Shown here: positions 27,101 through 29,319 of the stretch, piece by piece | Layout: each line of letters starts with the position of its first letter | Numbering within the stretch: position 1 is the first letter of the stretch | Source of the DNA: Candidatus Hodarchaeota archaeon | GTDB taxonomy: Archaea; Asgardarchaeota; Heimdallarchaeia; Hodarchaeales; Hodarchaeaceae | Direction of reading: 5' to 3' | DNA: 29,319 bases | Assembly: GCA_029856365.1 (NCBI GenBank) | Contig: JAHQWW010000035.1 | Coordinates: 1 to 29,319, forward strand | Program-made: the position numbers and the translations under genes | The notes under the pieces: generated by a model | Database searches by the model: none | The model's input: only the letters and a program-made list of their open reading frames with translations | What the model was told of the DNA's origin: nothing

Positions 27101-29312
27101 GTTTCCAAATGGTTATCTTCTTGTGGGGAACTCGGCTCCAGAATTAATATCTGAACCAGTTATTCTTGATTCTAATGGTGAAATGGTTTTTATCGCGACA
27201 ACCTTTCTCCATGTCAGTTATTCTGCTCTAGATATTGATCAGGGGGAAAGTAATCCCTTATATGGTATTGAGCAAATTGAAGGGTTGGTTGAAGGATCAA
27301 GTATAGTTGTTGGATCAGATTATCGATGGTATAAAAATGGGGAGCTTATCCCCGAATTAATTAATCCTTATGTGGATCCAAGTTATTTAATGAAGGATGA
27401 TACTTGGATAGTTAGTATATGTCCAAGGGATCTATCAGGACTTAGGGGAAAATGGGTTAATTCTTCAGCTATTATTATTATAAATACTCCTCCCATTATA
27501 CAAGGATGTAAATTCATCTTTAATAATATAACTAGTAATATTTTTCCGAACGACAGAATGAATGAATTTTATGTCGAAGATGAGAATATAACCATCATTT
27601 ATGACTTTATTGATTATGATAATGATAATGACAATTCTAAAATTCAATGGTTCAAGAAAATAGCCAATGATTCTTGGAAAGAACTTTTTGAGTTTGAAAA
27701 CATAACAATTATTCCCAGTTCAGAATTATCGCCTGGTGAAAAATGGTGTTGTCAAATCACTTCATCTGATGGATTTACTATTGGTAATCAAATCAACTCA
27801 AGCGAGATAATCATTGAAAGTCGTCCTGAGATTCATTCTTATGCTATTAAGGCTGATGAAACGAAAGAAGGAAGATATGAATTGACAATTAATGTCACAA
27901 ATTACCATTATTCTATTTCTCGGGTTGAATTTGAAATAATCTGTTCTGACAATACAACACAAGATTACCTAGGAAAACAGGCAGAGAATGCAGAGAGTAA
28001 CTGGACAATTATATGTGATATCTTAGATTATCTTGATGATGAAGTTACAGTTAATGTTAAAGTAATTACGCAGGTTCAGGACACAGATTATGAAATATAC
28101 TCTTTTCTTACTTTCAATTTCACTGTAAAGGACAATGTGCCCCCACAAGTCCTAGAGGTTTATATTGAAATTAATAAGCAAAATCCAGCAAATCTTACAT
28201 TTTACGCCAAAATCCAAGAAGAAGGCTCAGGAATTGCGGAGGTTATTTTATTGTACTCCATTGAAAATGAGTCATCTAGTGTTCCTGAAGGATTTGGTTC
28301 AAAAATAATTCAGAGTAGCGATACAACCAATGTTCAAATGTCCTTCGTAAATACTACTGACGATGTTGCTCTTTATTCTGTCTCAATTGACTTTTCTCCA
28401 TTGAAGAATGGGAAGATTAACTTCTGGATTCAAACTGTTGATACCAGGGGTAATACACATGAGGAGTTTGCTTATTCATCTGACACTCACATACAAGTAC
28501 CAAGAAACATCATGAATGATATTATAATCGCAATCGGAATAGTCATTTTAATCACTATTTTTCTCATCATCTTTATTTCCATAATACGGACAAAACATAA
28601 GCGGCGAGTTTACTCTAAAGCAAAAAGGGAAATCGAAATTGGGGAAAAAGCTTCAGACATTTTCTCATTGCGAGCGATAATCTGTAAAAATAAGTATGGC
28701 CTTCCTCTTTATAGCCAAAACTTAGGTGGACAAGATCAAGATAGTGACTTAATTGCTGGGTTATCTACAGCAATGACTGATTTTGTAAGCCAAATAGCTC
28801 AAAGAACAATTGGATCAGGTGAATTCGATATTCTAGAAAGGGAGGGATTCACTATTCTTTCATATCATGGTGAATTTATCATTATTAGCGTAATTTCAGT
28901 TGAAAAATTGAGTTCTTTCCTAAAAAAACAGCTAATGGCAATTTGCAATAAGATAGAACAACAGATTCCGATAGAAGAATTAGATACTGCAATTTTAACT
29001 CGTAAGGAAGAAGAGATCAAAGCTATTATTTATGAAAATCTTCCCTTGGGAATATTATATCCATTAACTTTTGATCCTAAGATTAGTAAAGAGCGAAAAA
29101 AAGCCCTTAATAAAAATGAAAGAAAATTACTGAGAATTTGTGATAAAATTCCATCTTTCATTGAGGGAAAACACGTTTTTTATGCAACGACATTTATATC
29201 AGCATTTACTACTCACGGAACTTCATTCATTAGAGCATTTAGCTTTCTTGAACACTGCTATGACCTTGGTATTCTAAAACCCTATTCAGAAAATGCGATG
29301 ATAAATCCCTGA
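24147..29312 (+). CDS. 1721-aa single-pass surface protein: signal peptide, beta-rich N-terminal domains, 8 cadherin/Ig-like repeats, 2 further beta-sandwich domains, TM helix, cytoplasmic longin-like and winged-helix-like domains
   Basis: Hydrophobic N-terminus; repeats NxxP...YDxxDxDGD...WYxN...W...VxPxDG; TM at 28521-28586 followed by RTKHKRR; tail LRAIICKNKYGLPLYS...DSDLIAGLSTAMTDFVSQI...FTILSYHGEFIIISVIS. Confidence 0.9.
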   Translation: MRIFQHIRLYVLLVIYVTSLTAITVSITEINTKETEGQFYAVPRLMTNSNVSQIDFNEKTASYSNPSSVSSKIDIQQDEKSINSNAFIPRAAIQSGSTEDAVDQLSNVDNSVDKGNHSDFVSQQFGPDSMYDILTEAKTSQINQIDLFVNSWNNLQENWERNGISPYLDFQDEPNNYVYGVKDGKGSSDGDIIGEFDFADTSQLGTIISVKLRIYGHAHPTKPRDSYFSVYLWDGSKWSEQMDFRNQASWIWQEVDITSEINTWSTINKAKIFLRTEDPRGDKRGEQACDAALIRVEYETLSSELDLEVQWISADYTKANEELAIFAGDLGEESLQVDVWTGSWHTIISNLTANTWNNISISSYLLSPTFTIRFKGTKESSDWIIDQWYIDITLLHTWDINHAPIATNLTLSPDPLSSSDTLSLSYDFFDEDGDNEDGTQIRWYKNSVLQAAHNDYNQIPSFELEKNDTWFASVRPKDGQIFGDLYVSENITVKNTPPTANNVFVSPSEPKTSFDLQTTYDWDDVDSTDSEIGTKISWYLNRSGSFTLQGDFNDSIEVPASATMKGDMWYYIVIPSDGEDYGNSSSSIVTTVRNTPPTLLNLTINDYNESARIENDIDLHANYTYYDIDNQENSLIDNPDLDSREIRWYQTGLLKPDLNDTFIVQSGNTSITDWWQFKIRIRDDDNYSDWFWSPSIWIGEDPNILPKAENLTLNLSNPVHGGFLYIEYDYYDEDGHNESLSMYQWYKNDVHQSQFDGIRNLTSALLIKGDSWYAKVRPRDEYDYGEWNVSLPIIIGNSAPVVTSAEIFPTVNVYTSNILVANFMGIDVDVIDQIVGYDIIWYNNSVPVSSLTNKTEVTANYTSKGQYWIYEVKVFDGLDWSSPVSPIVGIYIQNSKPYVENITLFGGQNTSDDITVYYDFIDIDGDTESAQTEIRWMIFHMGSLVPDPPKSYTLPSSWITAGDYVFCWIQPSDGEAFGSLTDSTSFPNGYLLVGNSAPELISEPVILDSNGEMVFIATTFLHVSYSALDIDQGESNPLYGIEQIEGLVEGSSIVVGSDYRWYKNGELIPELINPYVDPSYLMKDDTWIVSICPRDLSGLRGKWVNSSAIIIINTPPIIQGCKFIFNNITSNIFPNDRMNEFYVEDENITIIYDFIDYDNDNDNSKIQWFKKIANDSWKELFEFENITIIPSSELSPGEKWCCQITSSDGFTIGNQINSSEIIIESRPEIHSYAIKADETKEGRYELTINVTNYHYSISRVEFEIICSDNTTQDYLGKQAENAESNWTIICDILDYLDDEVTVNVKVITQVQDTDYEIYSFLTFNFTVKDNVPPQVLEVYIEINKQNPANLTFYAKIQEEGSGIAEVILLYSIENESSSVPEGFGSKIIQSSDTTNVQMSFVNTTDDVALYSVSIDFSPLKNGKINFWIQTVDTRGNTHEEFAYSSDTHIQVPRNIMNDIIIAIGIVILITIFLIIFISIIRTKHKRRVYSKAKREIEIGEKASDIFSLRAIICKNKYGLPLYSQNLGGQDQDSDLIAGLSTAMTDFVSQIAQRTIGSGEFDILEREGFTILSYHGEFIIISVISVEKLSSFLKKQLMAICNKIEQQIPIEELDTAILTRKEEEIKAIIYENLPLGILYPLTFDPKISKERKKALNKNERKLLRICDKIPSFIEGKHVFYATTFISAFTTHGTSFIRAFSFLEHCYDLGILKPYSENAMINP
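25347..27818 (+). repeat. Eight tandem ~95-118 aa protein-level repeats within the giant CDS
   Basis: Units start at 25347 (NHAP), 25629 (NTPP), 25926 (NTPP), 26253 (NILP), 26535 (NSAP), 26826 (NSKP), 27129 (NSAP) and 27483 (NTPP). Each has a DxD motif and two conserved aromatic positions. Confidence 0.85.
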
Positions 29313-29319
29313 AATATTT

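Noticed and set aside
260-27647. Short overlapping ORFs (260-478, 2693-2914, 3415-3642, 3488-3670, 4224-4412, 6243-6548, 8740-8931, 10744-10986, 11020-11244, 11189-11440, 12045-12236, 15052-15252, 15466-15684, 16894-17220, 20801-21001, 24571-24765, 24724-25026, 25363-25575, 25423-25626, 27465-27647)
   Set aside because: All lie within or antisense to better-supported genes and show no recognisable motifs.

Overview
AT-rich archaeal window, most consistent with an Asgard archaeon (Heimdallarchaeia/Hodarchaeales-like). This is inferred from longin-like domains, a CTERM-type sorting tail, TATA-type promoters and expanded wHTH regulators, and is not verified by search. No rRNA, tRNA, CRISPR, transposase or integrase was recognised. 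The left ~9 kb is a turnover hotspot: three copies of a 90-200 bp intergenic element lie ~2.3 kb apart, and intact accessory genes (flavin reductase, SAM methyltransferase, wHTH and HTH-10 regulators, surface DUF362 protein) are interleaved with short gene remnants (RPE-like, aldo/keto reductase x2, SDR, HD-domain, wHTH, DUF3795, and diverged partial copies of two genes from this same window). The middle holds two ABC-2 exporter modules, each divergent from a wHTH regulator unit with a candidate palindromic operator. The right part encodes a sulfite-oxidase-family Mo domain fused to a four-His cytochrome b561-like membrane domain, an ICMT-family methyltransferase, an Old Yellow Enzyme, an Fpg/Nei homologue lacking canonical catalytic residues and a stand-alone B3/B4 protein. 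It ends with a longin-like ORF and a 1721-aa single-pass protein with eight cadherin-like repeats outside and a longin-like plus winged-helix-like tail inside, a eukaryote-like receptor architecture. All family assignments come from manual motif reading, not database searches.
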